Source of the DNA: Gemmatimonas sp.
GTDB lineage: Bacteria; Gemmatimonadota; Gemmatimonadetes; Gemmatimonadales; Gemmatimonadaceae
DNA length: 64,000 bases
Reading direction: 5' to 3'
Assembly: GCA_965279375.1 (NCBI GenBank)
Contig: OZ257156.1
Span: forward strand, 1,184,001 to 1,248,000
Part shown: piece by piece, positions 61,537 to 64,000 of the stretch
Layout: each line of letters opens with the position of its first letter
Position numbering within the stretch: the first letter of the stretch is position 1
Translations under genes and position numbers: made by a program
The notes under the pieces: generated by a model
Told to the model about the DNA's origin: nothing
What the model saw: only the letters and a program-made list of their open reading frames with translations
The model's database searches: none

Positions 61537-61537
61537 G

Positions 61538-61897
61538 GTGCCGCCGGCTGATGTGCAGGTGCAGGTGTTTGGCACCAAGAAGAACGCGGACACGCGGAAG
61601 GCGCTGCGTTTCTTTGCCGAGCGTCGCGTAAAAACGCATTTCGTGGATCTGGCGGAGCGTGCGGCGTCGTTGGGGGAGTTGCGTCGATTCTCGCAGAAGT
61701 TCGGGATCGAGGCGGTGTTGGACCGTGATTCGAAGCGGTTCAGCGAGCTGGGGTTGCGGCCGGCGCTGTATGGCGAGGAGAAGTGGCTTTCAATTTTGGC
61801 GGACGAGCCATTGTTGTTGCGTCAGCCGTTGGTGCGGTTGCAGCACAAGGTATCGATCGGCCTGCAGGAGACGTTGTGGAAGGAGTGGTTGGGGTAG
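61538..61897 (+). CDS. ArsC/Spx-like thioredoxin-fold protein
   Basis: QVFG.K...DTRKA.RFF.ER...PLLLRQP; lacks the catalytic Cys. Confidence 0.75.
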   Translation: MPPADVQVQVFGTKKNADTRKALRFFAERRVKTHFVDLAERAASLGELRRFSQKFGIEAVLDRDSKRFSELGLRPALYGEEKWLSILADEPLLLRQPLVRLQHKVSIGLQETLWKEWLG

Positions 61898-61996
61898 CGA
61901 CGTGCTTGTGTTGGCGAATTGGTTGGCGTCGCGAATTGATGTTGGCGGCGATGGAATGGTGGTTGGGATCGCCGGCGGGTGTGTGAGTGTGGTGGG

Positions 61997-62980
61997 ATGT
62001 CCTCGTCGAATGATTCTCGCCCCACGTTGTTGCAGACGTTGCGCGATCGGGCGTCGGTGCGACGCTACAGTCCGCGGACCGTTACTGCGTACGAGCGGTG
62101 GGTGGTCGCGTACGTGCGGTTCCACGGTCGTCGGCATCCGCGAGAGTTGGGCGGGCCGGCCGTGCGCGATTTTCTGACGCATCTGGTAACGGTCAAGCGC
62201 GTCGCTGCTTCGACGCAGAACCAGGCGTTGGCTGCGCTCAACTTCTTGTACCGTGACGTGTTGGGCGAGCCGTTGGCGCCGCTGGATGGTGTCGCGCCGG
62301 CGAAGCGACCGCATCATCTCCCCAACGTGTTGTCGCGGAGCGATGTGCAGCGCACGTTGGGGCAGATGCACGGGGCACCGCGACTGATGGCGCTCTTGAT
62401 GTATGGTGCCGGTCTGCGCGTGATGGAATGTTGTTCGTTGCGGATCAAGGATATCGATCTTGAGCGGGGCGAGATCATGGTGCGTCGCGGGAAGGGGAAC
62501 CGCGATCGTGTGACCATGTTGCCGGCGCAGACGCGGGACGAAATCCTGGCGCAGATACGCGTGGTGCGTGCGTTGCACGATCGTCGGGTGGCGCGGGGCG
62601 GCGGCTACATCGTGTTGCCGGGTGCGTTCGACCGGAAGGATCCAACGGCGGCGCAGCGTTGGATCTGGATGTGGTTGTTTCCGGCGAGCCGAGAACATTG
62701 GGATGCCGAGCGTGGTCAGCATCGTTCGCACCATGTGCATCCGACCGTGGTGCAGCGGGCGGTGAGCGACGCGGGTCGTCGTGCGGGTCTGACGCAGCGC
62801 GTGAGCTGTCATACGCTGCGGCATTCGTTCGCGACGCATCTGTTGGCGTCGGGGTACGACATCCGGACCATCCAGGAATTGCTGGGCCACCGGGACGTGT
62901 CGACGACGATGTTGTACACGCACGTGTTGAACCGAGGCGGCCTAGGCGTCCGGAGCCCACTCGACGTCGACGTGCGATAG
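61997..62980 (+). CDS. intI: Integron integrase (tyrosine recombinase)
   Basis: ASTQNQALAAL.FLY, YGAGLR, GKG..DR, IntI-specific insert LPGAFDRK.P.A...W.W.WLFPA...HH.H, HTLRHSFATH, LGH, TMLYTHV. Confidence 0.95.
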   Translation: MSSSNDSRPTLLQTLRDRASVRRYSPRTVTAYERWVVAYVRFHGRRHPRELGGPAVRDFLTHLVTVKRVAASTQNQALAALNFLYRDVLGEPLAPLDGVAPAKRPHHLPNVLSRSDVQRTLGQMHGAPRLMALLMYGAGLRVMECCSLRIKDIDLERGEIMVRRGKGNRDRVTMLPAQTRDEILAQIRVVRALHDRRVARGGGYIVLPGAFDRKDPTAAQRWIWMWLFPASREHWDAERGQHRSHHVHPTVVQRAVSDAGRRAGLTQRVSCHTLRHSFATHLLASGYDIRTIQELLGHRDVSTTMLYTHVLNRGGLGVRSPLDVDVR

Positions 62981-63239
62981 ACAGCAAACCTCGCACGTCA
63001 CCTCGACTCCCCTCGCAGCATAACCCAGCCACGTCGTGCCGACTTTCTAGCGCTCCTCCGGCCGACTACACAGCGATTGCACGCCGTTCCCGACAGCCTA
63101 ACCGTCCATCGATTCCTGGCGTATTCGGTGGCGAAGTTGGGGTGTGGTGGGCAGTTGCCGCGGTTCGGCGTGGGCAGCATGTTTCGGACTACACGGCGAG
63201 AACGACGAGCGAGAACCGGGTCGGTGCGGAGTGGTGCGA

Positions 63240-63271
63240 GCGGGAGACTTGGTGTCGAATGCTCGTTAGGT
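63240..63271 (+). other. Putative integron recombination point (attI/attC R-box G|TTAGGT)
   Basis: GTTRRRY at 63265-63271 immediately before a lower-GC ORF, 285 nt after the intI stop. Confidence 0.6.
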
Positions 63272-63310
63272 GGCGCTGCGCCAAAAAATGACCCCTTCCG
63301 AGATCCATGC

Positions 63311-64000
63311 GTGATTGACGATGAAACCGAGGCAGTCCTCCGCTCAATTTTCGATCCGAGTATGAGCGAGTCGGAGCCGGGCGACCTTGGCGAGACACAG
63401 CGGCAGCCCGTCTTCGACGAGGTACTCGAGCTAGCGAAGCATCTCGGCGCCGACGCGCCAGAGGAGGCGCTACAGCAGTGTTTATCGCTGTATCCGCATC
63501 TGCTTCTTCGGGCGCTGCCCACGGCCGGCAATGGAAATCTCGCTGTGCTGACGAAGCCTCCAGTTGGCACAAGGTACTGTGCTGACTTCGCAGTGCTAAC
63601 GTATGGTCAGGGCGGTTGCTACATAGAGCTTGTTGAACTGGAAAGAGCGATAGATCCGCTCTTTACCAAGGCAGGAACTCCGGCTCGCCGACTGCAGGGC
63701 GCGATTGGACAGGTACAGGACTGGCACCAGTGGATAGTGCCGAATCGAAAATCGTTTGTACGCGATTTGGTGAGCCGAGCAATGTCATGTCCGGTGTATC
63801 CGGCTCGCGCGGAGAACGGTAGCTTCGCCCTGAAGTCAGCCAATGATCTCGAAGCCGCTTGGCGTGGCTTCAGTGGATTTGATCACGCAAAGATCACTTA
63901 CACCGTAGTCATTGGGCGTTGGGGTCTTCTGTCCCGCGAAGATCAGGCACGGCTCGTGTTCTTGAATCAGGAGGGTTCCTGGCTGTGCGCAGTGCGCACG
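63311..64000 (+). CDS. Shedu SduA / DUF4263-like anti-phage nuclease, integron cassette (runs off the right edge)
   Basis: My translation: EEALQQCL..YPHLL...ADF...LVELE...LFTK...AIGQVQDW...VVIGR...LN...VRT; lower GC and atypical codons; not in the ORF track. Confidence 0.8.
   Translation, partial: MIDDETEAVLRSIFDPSMSESEPGDLGETQRQPVFDEVLELAKHLGADAPEEALQQCLSLYPHLLLRALPTAGNGNLAVLTKPPVGTRYCADFAVLTYGQGGCYIELVELERAIDPLFTKAGTPARRLQGAIGQVQDWHQWIVPNRKSFVRDLVSRAMSCPVYPARAENGSFALKSANDLEAAWRGFSGFDHAKITYTVVIGRWGLLSREDQARLVFLNQEGSWLCAVRT

Noticed and set aside
61898..61996. Canonical upstream attI or LexA box before intI
   Set aside because: Only 99 bp of G/T-rich sequence with GTTGGCG repeats; no divergent cassette and no CTGT-N8-ACAG box. 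The LexA motif of this lineage is unknown to me.
1..64000. CRISPR array, rRNA, IS transposase or prophage
   Set aside because: No regularly spaced repeats, rRNA signatures, DDE/HUH transposase or phage structural motifs seen.

Overview
High-GC bacterial chromosome segment, most likely Gemmatimonadota (inferred from gene content only). It spans the replication-origin region: mnmE-yidC-yidD-rnpA-rpmH <-> dnaA-oriC-dnaN, with rnpB close by and mnmG/parS/parA/parB about 36 kb to the right. Most of the window is housekeeping or metabolic: upp, pyrE, polA, tex, amidases, GH3, TldD/TldE, a nucleoside ABC transporter, dctA and two Ser/Thr kinases. The most interesting items are (1) an integron integrase whose att-like site and first cassette lie downstream and co-oriented, the cassette being a Shedu/DUF4263-like defence nuclease absent from the ORF track; (2) an rnpA whose conserved N-terminus has no canonical start codon and lies in the +1 frame across the rpmH stop; (3) a ~230-bp fold-back MITE/REP-like element; (4) a Tat-leader TldD with Asp at the usual Cys metal-ligand position; (5) an apparent strand-composition flip near parS. 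All family calls come from motif recognition by eye; no searches were run.
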